Source: the human T2T-CHM13v2.0 reference genome, Homo sapiens
DNA length: 64,000 nucleotides
Assembly: GCF_009914755.1 (NCBI RefSeq)
Contig: NC_060942.1
Reading direction: 5' to 3' (one strand)
Shown here: piece after piece, positions 49,108 through 64,000 of the stretch
Layout: each line of letters begins with the position of its first letter
Numbering within the stretch: position 1 is the stretch's first letter
The notes under the pieces: generated by a model
Told to the model about the DNA's origin: nothing
Database searches by the model: none
What the model saw: only the letters and a program-made list of their open reading frames with translations
Program-made: the position numbers and the translations under genes

Positions 49108-50249
49108 GATCCTAGAGCTGCTTCCAAAATTACACGTAGGTAATAACGTGGTTGCTTATATTTTTATTTGAGTGGCTTTTTATTCCTTTCAAATTCTAGC
49201 TTGACAAAACAGTCAGTTTCAATTCCTTCCTCTCTGCCATAAAAATAAAGCTACCCCAAATACCTCACCAATGATATTACCTCAACAGTCATTCTTCCAA
49301 AATTCCAGAAAGAAGTCTGCCCAAAGGGGAATAGCTGCTGTTGAGTGGTTTCAGAGATCCAGTGAGTTCATTCACGTTTCAGAGTAATATTTTGAGGAAA
49401 AAGCAGTTGAGCACAATTGTCTTTAAATAATTTATATAACTCTCATTGTCCCTTTCATGTAAACATGCCACGTAATATTTCTTTGTCTTTCAGCTCTGTG
49501 TTATTTTAGCTTTATAGGTTCATATTCATCTTTTAATATTGTTTTCTAAAGCAGCGCAACTGGTTCTAGTTCTCAGCTGTTCAGTCTCAAGACAATACAT
49601 TAGCTCTTAACTGATATCACATTAGAGAATCTCTGTAAATTGAATAAGTAGAAGCTCCTAGGAAGAAAATGGATTATTCTGTAACAATTTACTGCTTTCT
49701 AAAGAAATATGACATATAAAGTATCTAACTTTAATCAAAATAAATGCTTACTGAGTGAATAAAATAATGACTGAATTGGTAGTTTTGTGTTCATTACTGT
49801 CATGAAACAGAAATTTAACTACTCAAAGGAATACCCACTGATCATTTTCCACCATTAGTCTGGATTAAGCTGCCCCTTTGCTCAGAAAGCTGGAAGGTGC
49901 CTATTGTGAGCAAGAGTAGGAGAAGAACAAGGGAAGTTGTTTTTTTTAATGGGGGAATTAACATTGCCCAAAAATATATGGTAAAAGGTTGTAACATTGC
50001 TCAGCTAGAGTAAGATGAATATGTGCACAAGAAAGAATATTTGAAGCAAAATAAACTCAGAACAGAATGTTAAATTGAAAAGCTGAGTCAAAATAAACTT
50101 GAATTCCTACATATTGACTTGAATTTGTGGGGGAAAATACTATTATGATAGTCTGTAATGATTTGCCTTTTCTGTACTTCTCAAATTCTTAATATTACTT
50201 TTTTAACTTAATACTACTTCTTCTGATATGTATTCTTATGCTTGCCATC

Positions 50250-50883
50250 TTTCTATAGATGAAAAAAATGATAGTTGGAGGAAGCAATATAGTATATATA
50301 TATATATATTATGGAAGTTAAGTTGATATTCATCTGAACTATAATGTTACATGGTCATTTGTTAGTTGTAATATCTGATGCAACCACTACAACAGGGAAT
50401 TAAAATGGTACAATAAAAAAACGTTATTTAAGAGAATGTAATCATGGAGAAAAAGAGGAACAAAAAAGTACATAAACAAATAACAAGTTATGGGCAAAAA
50501 TCCTATCTTATCAGTAACTATTAAATGAATATTGGATTAAACACTCCAATCAAAATGAAAAAACCTGAATTTTTTTTAAAAAACAAACAATTGCTGTCTA
50601 TAACAGACATACTTTAGATTCAAAGACACAGATAGGTTGAAAGTAAAAGAATGAAAAAGGATTTCAGTTGCTATACTAATATTAGATAAAATTACGACCC
50701 TTAAGACAAAAAAAAAGTTAACTTGGACAAAGAGAAATATTTTATAATTATAAAAGGGCCAATCCATCAAGAATATATACTAAGTATAAGCATACATGCA
50801 CCTAGCCATAGAGCCCCAAAATACATAGAGTAAAAACTGACAAAATTAAAGACAGAAATAGACAATTCAAAATAACATTTGGA
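50250..50883 (+). mobile_element. Old L1M ORF2 endonuclease region, left part (continues at 63420-64000)
   Basis: 'agacatactttagattcaaagacacagataggttgaaagtaaaag', 'tatgcacc/agagccccaaaatacat'-type EN sequence. Resumes at 'ggagacttcagtactc' near 63429. Confidence 0.75.
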
Positions 50884-51187
50884 GGCCAGACACATTGGCT
50901 CACACCTGTAATCCCAGCATTTTGGGAGGCTGAGGCAGGTGGAACACTTGAGCCCAGGAGTTTGAAATCAGCCTGGGCAACATAGTGAAACCCTGTCTCT
51001 AGAAAAAAATACAAAAATTAGCCTGGCATGGTAGCTCATGTCTATAGTCCCAGTTACATGGGATGCTGGGGTGAGAGGATCACTTGAGGCCAGGAAGTGG
51101 AGGTTGCAGTGACCTGAGATTGTGCCACTGCACTCCAGCTTGGGTGACAGAGAGAGACTCCATCTCATAAACAAATAAATAAATAAA
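50884..51187 (+). mobile_element. AluJ-like
   Basis: 'cacttgagcccaggagtttg' J diagnostics. TSD about aaataacatt(t)gga. Confidence 0.93.
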
Positions 51188-51749
51188 TAAATAACATTGG
51201 AAAGGAGATTCTGAAAAAATAGCAGTGTATGAAGCACCAGGAATTTATCTCCCTACTCAGACAACAATTACATTGGCAAAATATGTCTGATGTAAACGTT
51301 TTAGAACTCTGGAGTCTGCTGAAGGCTTGCAATTTCTAAAGGAAAGTTAGACAGTAAATGGTGATTAAATTCAGTTAATTTTAACTCTTAATTTGGTAGT
51401 GGTTATTGTTTCCTCTCCCCCAGCTCCACAGAAGGCAGTTGTGCATGTGTTCCTGGAAAAGCTTGCACATAGCTTGTGGGAACCAGGGTGGGCAGTAAGG
51501 ATCCGGCTCTCCAAATACTGGATATTTGATTTCCAATCACTGATTGCAGTTTCTGATTATGTAAGTACAAACGCAGAGACAGGCAGCCATTGTTGCACTT
51601 CCTTCCATTGTTGAAAGCTTCTTGGCCCCCCCTTTTTTTTCTTTTTATTTCCCCAGAATTTTCTTCCTTCCAGTGTCTTCTCCCACCCCACTTAAATTTT
51701 CTCTTTTTTCCTTTTTGGGAGATAGACATTAAAGACTAGGACATTCAAA

Positions 51750-53111
51750 TCCAAAATAAACAACTTCATGATGCATCTTAAAGAATTAGAAAAGCAAGGA
51801 CAAATCAAACACAAATTTAGTAGAAGAAAAGAAATAATAAAAATCAAAGCAGAAAAAAATGAAATGGAAACAAAAAATACAAAGTATTAATGAAACAAAA
51901 AGTTGTTTTTTTGAGAAGATAAAGAAAAGTGACAAACCTTTAGCCAGACTAACTACAAAAGAGAGAGAAGACTCAAAGAAATATAATCGGAGATTTAAAA
52001 AGAAGACATTACAACTGATATTGCAAACATTCAAAAGATCATTACAGATTATTATGAGAAACTATATGCCATTAAGTTAGAAAAACTAGTAGAAATGGAT
52101 AAATTCCTAGACACATAAAACCTACCAAGATTGAACTGTGAAGAAATACAAAACCTGAACAGACTAATAATAAGTAATGAGATCAAAGCTGTAAAAAAAT
52201 TTTTTCAAGTAAAGCCTGAGACTAAATGGCTTTCCTGCTGAATTCTACCAAACATTTGAAAAAGACCTAACACCAATCATATTCAAGCTGTTCCAAAAAA
52301 ATAGACAAAAAGAAAATATTTTCAAAATTATTCTAAGAGGCCAGTATTACTCTGATAACAAAATCAGACAAAGACACATCAAAAAAAGAAAACTATAGGT
52401 CCATATATCTGATGGACATTGATGCAAAAATACTTACAAACACTAGTAAAATGAATTCAACAACATGTTAAAAAGAGCATTCATCATGACCAAGTGGGAT
52501 TTATCCCTGAGATGCAAGGATGGTTCAACATACATGAGTGTATTATTGTTATACATTATATCACAGAATGAAGAGCAAGACCCATATGATCATTTCAACT
52601 GATCCTGAAAAAGCATGTGATAAAATTCAACATACTTACTGATCAAAAAAAAAAAAAACTAAAAAAGCTGAGAATAGAAGGAACATACCTCTACACAATA
52701 AAAGGCATATATTACAGGCCCACAGCATACTGAATGGGGAAAGTTTGAAAACCTTTCTTCTAAGATGTTGAACATGACAAGATGGCCCACTTTCACCACT
52801 GTTATTCAACATAGTACTGGAAAGCCTAGCTAGGGCAATTAGACAAAAAAAAGAAATAAAGGGCATCCAAATTAGGAAGGAAGAAGCCAAACTATCCTTG
52901 TTTACAGATGATAAGGTTTTATATTAGCAAAAACCTAAAGACTCCACAAAAAAACTATTAGAACTGATAAGAAAATTCAGTAAAGTTGCAAGATACAAAA
53001 CCAATATACAAAAAACCATAGAATTTCTATATGCCAAAAGAATGTGAACTATCTGAAAAAGAAATTTTTAAAAAGTCAAATAGTCACATATAAAATTAAA
53101 TTACTAGTTTC

Positions 53112-53142
<31 letters not shown>

Positions 53143-55290
53143 TTTTTTTTGAGACAGGGTCTTACCCTGTCACCCAGGCTGAAGTGCAATGGTGCAATCA
53201 TGGCTCACTGCAGCATCAACCTCCCAGGCTCAGATGATCATCCTACCTCAGCCTCCCCAAGTAGTTGGGACTACGGGTGTGTGCCAACATTCCTGGCTAC
53301 TTTTTGTATATTTTGTAAAGACAATGTTTCACCACACTGCCCAGGCTGGTCTCAAACTCCTGGGCTCAAGCAATCCACTCACCTCGGCCTCCCAAAGTGA
53401 GCCACCATGCCTGGCCTCCTATGAATTGACCAAAGAAGTGAAAGATCTCTACAATAAAAACTGTCAATCACTGATGAAAGAAATTGAAGAGGATACAAAA
53501 ATTGGAACGATGTCTATGGTCATGGATTGGAAGAACCAATATTTTTTAAATGTCCATACTGCCCAAAGCAGTCTATAGATTCAATGCAATCCCTATCAAA
53601 ACATCAATAATATTTTTCACAGAAATAGAAAAAATTAATGCTAAAATATGTATGGAGCCACAAAAGACTCAGAATAACCAAAGCCATCCTGAGCAAAAGA
53701 CAAAACTGGAGGAATCACATTACCTGACTTCAAATTATACTACAGAGCTATAGTAACCAAAAGCAGCATGATACTTGCATAAAAACAGACACATAGACCA
53801 ATGGGACAGAAAAGAGAACCCAGAAATGAATCCATGCATCTAAAGTGAACTCATTTTTGACAAGTGTGCTAAGAACATACATTGGTGGGAAAAAGTCTAT
53901 TCAACAAATACTGCTGGGAAGCTGGATATCCATGTGCAGAAGAATAAAACTATACCCCTATCTCTCACTATATTAAAAAATCAAATCAAAATAGATTAAA
54001 GGCTTAAATCTTAGACATTTAACTATGAAAATACTACCAAAAAATTGGGGAAACTCTCCAACACTTGTCTGGGTAAAGATTTCTTGTATAATACCCCAAA
54101 GTAAAACTGGACAAATGTGATCACATAAAGTTAAAAAGCTTCTGCACGGCAAAGGAAACAATAAAAAAAAAGTGAAGAGACAACCCACAGAATGAGAGAA
54201 AATATTTGCAAACTATCCATTTAATAAAGGATTAATAACCAGAATATACAAGGAGTGCAAAAAACCCTACAAGAAAAAATCTAATAATATTTTATAAAAA
54301 TAAGCAAAAATTTTGAACAGACAATTTGCAAAAGAGGACATACAAATGGTTAACAGATATATTAAAAGATTCTCAACATAATTGATCATCAGGGAAATGC
54401 AAGTCAAAGCTATAATGAGATATCATCTCACTCCAGCTAAAATGGCTTATATCCAAAAGATAGACAATAATGAATGCTGGTGAGCATGTGGAGAAAAGGC
54501 AATGCTCATACACTGTTGTTGGAGATTTTAATTAGTACAGCCATTATGATGAACAGTTTGGAGATTCCTCATAAAACTGAAAATAGAACAACTACATGAC
54601 CCAGCAATCCTACTGCTAGATATATACACAAAAGAAAGAAAATTAGTATATCAAATACATACCTGCATTCCCATGTTTATCGCAGCACTAATCACAATAG
54701 CCAAGAATTGGAGGCAACCTAAGTGTCTGTCAACAGATGAATGATGAAGAAAATGTAGTACATATACACAATGGTGTACCATTCAGCCATAAAAAAGAAC
54801 GAGATCCTATAATTTGCAACAGCATGGATGGAACTGGAGGTCATTATTCTAAGTGACATAAGCTAGGCACAGAAAGACAAACATTGTATGTTCTCACTTA
54901 TTGTTCGTGAGGGCAAAGAATTAAAATAATTAAACTCATAGTGTAGAAGGATGGTTATGAAAGGCACAGAAAGGTAGTGAGGGATGGAGTGAGAATGGTT
55001 AATGGGTACAAAAAATAGTTAAAAAGAATGAACAAAATCAGGTATTTGATAGCATAACAGTTATGCTAACTACAGTCAACAATAATTTATTGTACATTTT
55101 AAAATAATAAAGAGTATAATTGCAATGTTTGAAACACAAAGTAATGATACCTGTTTCAGGTGATGGATATTCCATTTAACCTGATGTGATAATTACACAC
55201 TGTTTGCCCATATCAGAATATTTAATATACCCTATAAATATATGCACAAATATATACACTTACTGTATATGTATAAAAATTAAAAATTGA
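51750..55290 (+). mobile_element. 5'-truncated L1MA1-3-like element
   Basis: Continuous ORF2 remnants. 3'UTR 'aatttattgtacattttaaaataa...gtgatggata...cctgatgtgat'. Confidence 0.85.
53109..53417 (-). mobile_element. AluJ-like with (TTC)n tail
   Basis: Reverse Alu with 'gctcactgcagcatcaacctcccaggctca'. Confidence 0.92.
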
Positions 55291-55988
55291 GAAAAATGTA
55301 AATATCAATAACGAGATTTTTTTAAATCATGGAAAGAAACCAAAAAGAAATTCTGGACCTAAAAAGTGCAACAACTGAAATGAAAATTTTCCCCAGAGGG
55401 ATTCAAAGATAGATTTTAGCAGGGAGTAGAAAGAATCAGTGACCTTGAAGTCAAGATATTTGAAATTACCCAGTCTGAAAAATAGGAAGAAAAAATATTG
55501 AAGAAAAATAAACAGAGCCTAAAGGACCTGTGAGACACCAAAAATTGGGCCAGCATATGTATTGTAGGAGTTCCATGGAGAGAACAGTAAAGAATACTTG
55601 CAGAAATAATGTCTATAGACTTCTCACATTTGATGAAAGACATTAATATAAATATCTTGGAAGCTCAACAAACTTCAAGTAGGATGGAGTCAAAAAGACC
55701 TATATCAAGACACATAATAAAATATACAAAAGACAAAGAGAGAATATTGAAAACATCAAGAGAAAGTGATTCATCACAAAGAAGAGATTTTCATTAAGAT
55801 TATTAGATTTCTCAGTGGAAATATTGAAGGCCAGAAACAGTGAGATAATATACTTAATGTGCTAAAAAGGAAAAAATATTGCCAAGCAAGTATCCTGTCT
55901 GGCAGAACTGCCCTCGAAAAGTGAGGAAGAAATTAAAACATTCCTGGATAACACAAGCTAATAAAGTTTGTTACTGCTGGATCTGCCC

Positions 55989-58900
55989 CATATTAGTCTG
56001 TTTTCACACTGTTGATAAAGACATACCCAAGGCTGGGTAATTTATAAAGAAAAAGAGGTTTAAGGGACTCAGTTCCATGGCTGGGGCAGCCTCAGAATCA
56101 TGGCAGAAAGCAAAAGGCATGTCTTACATGGTGGCAGACAAGAAGGAAAATGTGTGCAGTGAAACTCCCCTTTATAAAACCATCAGATGATGTGAGACTT
56201 GTTCACTATAATGAGAACAGCATGGGAAAGACCCACCCCATGATTAAATTACCTCCCACCAGTCCATCCCATGACATGTGGGAATTATGGGAGCCATAAT
56301 TCAAGATGAAATTTGGGTGGGGACACAGCCAAACCATATCATTCTGCCACTCGCTCATCCCAAATCTCATGTCCTCACATTTCAAAACTAACCTTGCCTT
56401 CCCAACAGTTCCCCAAAGTCTTAAATCATTTCAGCATTAACTTGAAAGTCCACAGTCCAAAGTCTCATCTGAGACAAGGCAAGTCCCTTCTGCCTATGAG
56501 CCTGTAAAAGCAAAAGTAAGTTAGTTACTTTCTAGATATAATGGGGGTACAGGTATTGGGTAAATATACCCATTACAAATGGGAGAAATTGGCCAAAATA
56601 AAGGGGTGACAGGCCCTGTGCAAGTCCAAAATATAGTGGGGCAGTCAAATCTTAAAGCTCCAAAATGATCTCCTTTGACTCCATTTCTCACATCCATGTC
56701 ACACTGATGCAAGAGGTGGGTTCCCATGGTCTTGGACAGCTCCACCCTGTGGCTTTGCAGGGCACAGTGCCCCTCCTGGCTCCTTTCATGGACTGGCATT
56801 GAGTGTCTATGGCTTTTCCAGGCACATGGTGCAAGCTGTCAGCAGATCTACATATCCTCTGAAATCTAGGCTGAGGTTCCCAAACCTCAATTCTTGACTT
56901 CTGTGTACCCACAGGCTCAACACCATGTGGAAGCTGCCAAGGCTTGGGCCTTGCACCCTCTGAAGCCATGGCCTGAGCTTTACCTTGGTCCCTTTTAGCC
57001 AAGGCCAGAGCAACCGGGATGCAAGGCGCCAAGTCCCTAGGCTGCATACAGCAGTGAGGACCTGGGCTTGGCCCACAAAACCATTTTTTTCCTCTTAGGC
57101 CTCCGGGCCTGTGATGGGAGGGGTTGCCATGAAGGTATCTGACATTCCCTGGAGATATTTTCCCCATTGTTTTAGATATTAACATTTGGCTTCTCACTAT
57201 TTATGCAAATTTCTGCAGTCACCTTGAATTTCTCCTCAGAAAATGGGTTTTTCTTTTCTATCACGTTGTCAGGCTGCAAACTTTCCATACTTTTATGCTC
57301 TGTTTTCCTTTTAAAACTGAATACCTTTAACAGCACCCAAGTCACATCTTGAATGCTTTGCTGCTTAGAAATTTCTTCTTCCAGATACCCTAAGTCATCT
57401 CCCTCAAGTTCAAAGTTCCACAAATCTCTAGGGCAGGGACAAAATGCCACCAGTTTCTTTGCTAAAACAGCAAAAACTTTACTCCAGTTACCAAGAAGTT
57501 TCTCATCTCCATCTGAGACCATCTCATGTAGGGGTGGGTTGCCCCTCCACACCTGTGGGTGTTTCTCGTAAGGTGGAACGAGAGATTTGGAAAAGAAAAA
57601 GACACAGAGACAAAGTATAGAGAAAGAAATAAGGGGAGCCGGGGAACCAGCGTTCAGCATATGGAGGATCCCGCCAGCCTCTGAGTTCCCTTAGTATTTA
57701 TTGATCATTTGTGGGTGTTTCTCGAAGAGGGGGATGTGTCAGGGTCACAAGACAATTGTGGGGAGAGGGTCAGCAGACAAACACGTGAACAAAGGTCTTT
57801 GCATCATAGACAATGTAAAGGATTAAATGCTGTGCTTTTAGATATGCATACACATAAACATCTCAATGCTTTACAAAGCAGTATTGCTGCCCGCAGGTCC
57901 CACCTCTAGCCCTAAGGCGGTTTTTCCCTATCTCAGTAGATGGAGCATACAATAGGGTTTTATACCGGAGACATTCCATTGCCTGGGGACAGGCAGGAGA
58001 CAGATGCCTTCCTCTTGTCTCAACTGCAAGAGGCATTCCTTCCTCTTTTACTAATCCTCCTCAGCACAGACCCTTTACGGGTGTCGGGCTGGGGGACAGT
58101 CAGGTCTTTCCCTTCCCACGAGGCCATATTTCAGACTATCACATGGGGAGAAACCTTGGACAATACCTGGCTTTCCTAGGCAGAGGTCCCTGCGGCCTTC
58201 TGCAGTTTTTGTGTCCCTGGGTACTTGAGATTAGGGAGTGGTGATGACTCTTAAGGAGCATGCTGCCTTCAAGCATCTGTTTAACAAAGCACATCTTGCA
58301 CCACCCTTAATCCATTCAACTCTGAGTTGACACAGCACATGTTACAGAGAGCACGGGGTTGGGGGTAAGGTCATAGATTAACAGAATCTCAAGGCAGAAG
58401 AATTTTTCTTAGTACAGAACAAAATGGAGTCTCCTATGTCTACTTCTTTCTACACAGACACAGTAACAATCTGATCTCTCTTGCTTTTCCCCACAATCTC
58501 AGCCTGGATTTCATTGTCTGTGTCATTATCAGCACTTTGGTCAAAGCCATTAAACAAGTCTCTATGAAGTTCCAAACTTTCCCACATTTTCCTGTCTTCT
58601 TCAGAGCCCTCCAAACTGTTCCAACCTCTGCCTGTTACCCAGTTCCAAAGTCACTTCCACATTTTTGGGTATCTTTACAGTAGCACCCCACTCTACTAGT
58701 ACCAATTTACTGTATTAGCCTGTTTTCATGCTGCTGATAAAGACACACTTGAGACTGGGTAATTTGTTTTTTAAAAAAGAGGTTTAATGGACTCTTACGT
58801 GGCTGGGGAGGCCTCACAATCATAGCAGAAGGCAAATGGCACATCTTATGTGGTGGTAGATGAGAGACAAAACTTGTGCAGGAAAACTCCCCTTTATAAA

Positions 58901-59078
58901 ACCATCAGATCTCATGAGACTTATTCACTATCATGATCTCCCATGAGAACAGCATGGGAAAGGCCCTCCCCCATGATTCAATTACCTCCCACTGCGTCCC
59001 TCCTCCCACAACACATGGGAATTGTGGAAGCTAAAATTTGTGATGAAATTTGGCTGTGGACACAGCCAAACCATACCT
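55989..59078 (-). mobile_element. Two-LTR THE1 (MaLR) element: LTRs 55989-56341 and 58711-59078 plus internal region
   Basis: Both LTRs show 'gataaagaca...cacagccaaaccata'. THE1-int sequence lies between them. TSD tgccc at 55984-55988 and 59079-59083. Confidence 0.93.
57527..58495 (-). mobile_element. HERV-K(HML-2) solo LTR, LTR5_Hs-like (969 bp)
   Basis: Reverse strand runs TGTGGGGAAAAGCAAGAGAGATCAG...CCACCCCTACA. Perfect 6-bp TSD atctca at 57521-57526 and 58496-58501. Confidence 0.96.
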
Positions 59079-60046
59079 TGCCCTATGATAAATGCTAAAG
59101 GGAGTCCTTCAAATTGAAATGAAAGGACTTTAGAAAGCAACTTAAAGCTGGATGATAAAATAAAGTTCTCAGGGAAGGTGAACCTGTGGGCAATTATAAA
59201 AGCTAGTATTATTTTTATTTTGGTTTGTAACTTCACTTTCTGTTTTCTACATAATTTAAGAGACGAATGCACACTAAAAAACATTAGTTTATATTTTTGA
59301 ACACAATATGTAAAGATTTAATTTTTTGAATCAACATCTGAAAAAGAAAATCCCTGGACCAGATAGCTTCACTGGTGAATTCTATGAAACATTTAAAAAA
59401 ACTAATACCAATCTGCAAACTTTTACAAACAACTGAAGAGGAGGGAATTCTTCCTAATTCATTCTATGAGGCCAGCATTACCTTGATACCAAAGCCAGAC
59501 AGACACTACAATAAAACTGGGCAGATATTCCTTATAAACACTGATAGAAAAGTTTTCAACAAAATACTTGCAAACTAAATTCAATAACATATTAAAAGGA
59601 TTAAAAACCATGACCAAGTTGGATTTATTTCTGGAATGCAAGGGTGGTTCAACATACAAAAAGCAATCAGTGTAATATACCACATTAATAGAATAAAGGA
59701 GAAAACAGCATTGATCACATTAATTAATGCAAAAGAAAGAACTTGATAAAATTCAACACCAACTCATGAAAAGAATCCTCAATGAACTAGAAATATACAG
59801 AAACTATCTCAACATAATAAGATACATAAAGGAAAAAGCCACAGTGAATATTATACTCAATGCTGAAAGTCTGAAATCTTCTTCAATATAAGGGACAAAA
59901 AAGGAAGTCCATGTTTAGCCCTTCTACTCAACATAGTAGTAGAATTTCTAGCCAGAACAGTTAAGCAGGAAAAAGAAATAAAATACATTCTAATTATAAA
60001 AGATGCAAAATAATCTTTTCTCACTGATGATATTTTCTCATATGTA

Positions 60047-60103
60047 TTAGGGTTATGCAAAAGTAGTTGCAGTTTTTGCCATCTAAAAATGGCACCAAAC
60101 TAA
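60047..60103. mobile_element. MADE1 (Hsmar1-derived MITE), internally deleted
   Basis: ttagggttatgcaaaagtagttgcagtttttgccat...atggcaccaaactaa, inserted after a TA in L1 ORF2. Confidence 0.75.
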
Positions 60104-61993
60104 TGGAACACCCTAAAGATTCCACAGAAAAAAAATTGTTAGAACTAATAATCACATCCTGCAGAGTAGCAGGATACAAGGTGAATACAAAATAAAAGTC
60201 ACTTGCATTTCTATACACTAACAATGAGCAATGGAAAAGGAAATTAGGAAAATAATTCTATTTACAATAGCATCAAAAACAATAAAATACTTAGAAATTA
60301 ACCACGGAGGTAAAAACTGTATTTTAAAAACTACAATACATTATTGAGAGAAACTAAAGAAGATACAAATAAATGGAAAGACATAAAATGTTTATGGATT
60401 GAAAAACTTAACATTTTTAAGATGGCAATAGTACCCAAAGGAGTCTGTGGATTCAAGGCATTGCCTATCAAAATTCCAATTATGTTTCTTTGAAGAAATA
60501 GAAATTTTTTTCCAAAATACATACGTAAACAAGGAATGTCCAAATAGCCAAAAAGTCTTAGAAAAGCTGGAGAACTTGTACTTCCTGATTTTAAAACTTC
60601 CTATAAAACTACAGTAATCAAAACAGACACGTAATAGCATAAAGGCAGGCATATAGACCAATGAAAAATAATAGAGTGCAGAAATAAACTCTAGCATGTA
60701 CAGTCAAATGATTTCAACATGAGAACCAAGACCATTTGATAAAGAACAAACAGTATTTTCAACATGTGCAGGAAAAATAGAATATTCACATGAAAAAAAT
60801 GAAGTTGGACCCTTACCTAATACCATATACAAAAATTAACTCAAAGTGGATTAAAAACTTAAATATAAGACCTGAAATTGTAAAACCCCTAGAAGAAAAC
60901 ATAAGAGGAAATCTTCATGATATTAGTCTAGGAAATGTTGTCTTGGATATGATGCCTAAAACACAGGCAGCGAAAGCAAAACTAGACAGGAGTAACTACA
61001 TCAAACTAAGAAGCAAAGCTCTACGCAGCAAATGAAACAATTAACAGAGTGAAAAGAAAATCTACAAAGAAGGAGAAAATAATTTCAAACCACATATCTG
61101 ATAAGAGGCTAATATCCAAATTGTGTATGAAACTCCTGTAACTCAACAACAACAACAACAAACGCAAAACAACATAAAACCCAATTTAAAAATGGGCACA
61201 AAACTTGAATAGACATTTCTCCAGAAAAGACATGCAAATGCCCAATAAGAATATAGAAAGATACTCAATATCACTAATGAGGGAAAGGCAAATCAAAATT
61301 ATAGTGAACTATCACCTCACACTTCATAAGATGGCTATTATAACAGCAAAAAAAGGTAACCAGTGTTGACAAGAATATAAAGAAATGGAAACACCTGTAC
61401 ATTGTTGGCAGGGATGTAAAATGGTGTAGCTGCTATGGAAAACAGTATGAAGATTCCTGAAAAATATTAAATATGATCCAGAAATCTCACTTCTTGGTAT
61501 TTATCCAAAATAATTGAAATCAGGATCTCAAAGAGGTATCTGCACTCCCATGTTCACTGCAGCACTATTTACAATAGACAATGTATGGAAACAATTTATA
61601 TGTCTGTTTACAGATGAGTGGATAAAGAAAATGTGGTGTATGCATACCATGAAATATTATCAGCCTTAAAACAGAAAAAAATCCTGCCACATGCAATAAA
61701 TAACATGGATGAATCTTGAAGACATGCTAAGTGAAATAAGCCAGTCACAGAAGGTCAAATATTGTGCAATTCCACATATATGAGACACTTAAAGTAGTCA
61801 ATATCATAGAAACAAAAAGTAGAATGGTAGCTTCCAGGGACTAAGAGGAGAGGGAATGGGAAGTTGTCATTTAATGGGTATGGAGTTACAATTTCACAAG
61901 ATGAAAAATGTTCAGAAGATGGATGCTGGTGATGGTTTCACAATTTGATTACTTAATAACACTGAACTGTACACTTAAAAATGGTTAAAATAT

Positions 61994-63357
<1,364 letters not shown>

Positions 63358-64000
63358 TAAAATGGCTAATATAGTAAATTTTATGCTTGTGTGTTTTATT
63401 GCAATAAAAAAATTTAAAAATAATAACTGGAGACTTCAGTACTCTATTCTAATAATAGACAAGACAACTAGGTAGATTAATGAACAAAAATACGATTTGA
63501 ACAACAATATAAACTAACCAAACCTAAAAGATGTCTACAGTGAACTTAACAGTAGAATTCTCATTCTCCTCAAGTGCACATGATACATTTTGCAGGAGAG
63601 ACCTCATGTTAGACCATAAATTAAGTATGTACAAATTTAAAATGATTTGAAAATACAAAGTATGTTCTGTGACCACAAAGGAATAAATTACAAATTAGTA
63701 AAACAACAAATAGAGAAATTCACAAATATAACAACATTAAAAACATACTCCTGAATAAACACTGAGTAAAACACAAAATTGCAATGAATATTAGAATATA
63801 CTTTGAAATGAATAAAAAGGAAACACAACATTAAAAAATCTTACATATACAGTAATGCCTACAAGGTTGGAGGACTCACACATCTCAATTTCAAAAGTTT
63901 CTATAAAGGTACAGTAAATAGCTTTAATAATCAAGACAATGTAATACCAGCATAAGTTTGGACATATAGAAGAACGAAAAGAAGGAGAGTCCAGAAATAA

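Noticed and set aside
56521-57660. Long minus-strand ORFs (169 aa and 162 aa)
   Set aside because: Decayed THE1 internal (MaLR) reading frames, one fused by chance to LTR5 sequence.

Overview
This is catarrhine primate (human- or ape-like) nuclear DNA, identified from AluY, L1PA, THE1 and an HML-2 LTR5_Hs-type LTR. The large majority of the window is interspersed repeat, and I find no supportable host protein-coding exon, RNA gene or CRISPR array; every recognisable ORF in the track is a fragment of L1, Alu or ERV. Main contents: (1) stacked old L1M elements carrying nested Alu, MLT and LTR insertions (1-18 kb and 50-64 kb); (2) an LTR10-type solo LTR with five AP-1 sites; (3) a twin-primed, 5'-inverted L1PA; (4) a minus-strand L1PA with an internal deletion, inserted in an MLT2 LTR; (5) a structurally complete but dead class I provirus (32203-47021: LTR, PBS-Leu, gag, pro, pol, env, PPT, LTR, 4-bp TSD), itself interrupted by a full-length L1PA, two Alus and an MST LTR; (6) a two-LTR THE1 element carrying an LTR5_Hs solo LTR. 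I see no evidence for a new biological system. The most notable observations are mechanistic. The provirus appears to carry a GG->AG (APOBEC3G-like) footprint. Two L1 copies 16.8 kb apart share non-consensus mutations, including a frameshift, which suggests ectopic gene conversion. The full-length L1 5'UTR has a deletion sealed by a 30-bp perfect palindrome across the region of the ZNF93 site. Subfamily names are from memory of consensus sequences and need RepeatMasker/Dfam confirmation.
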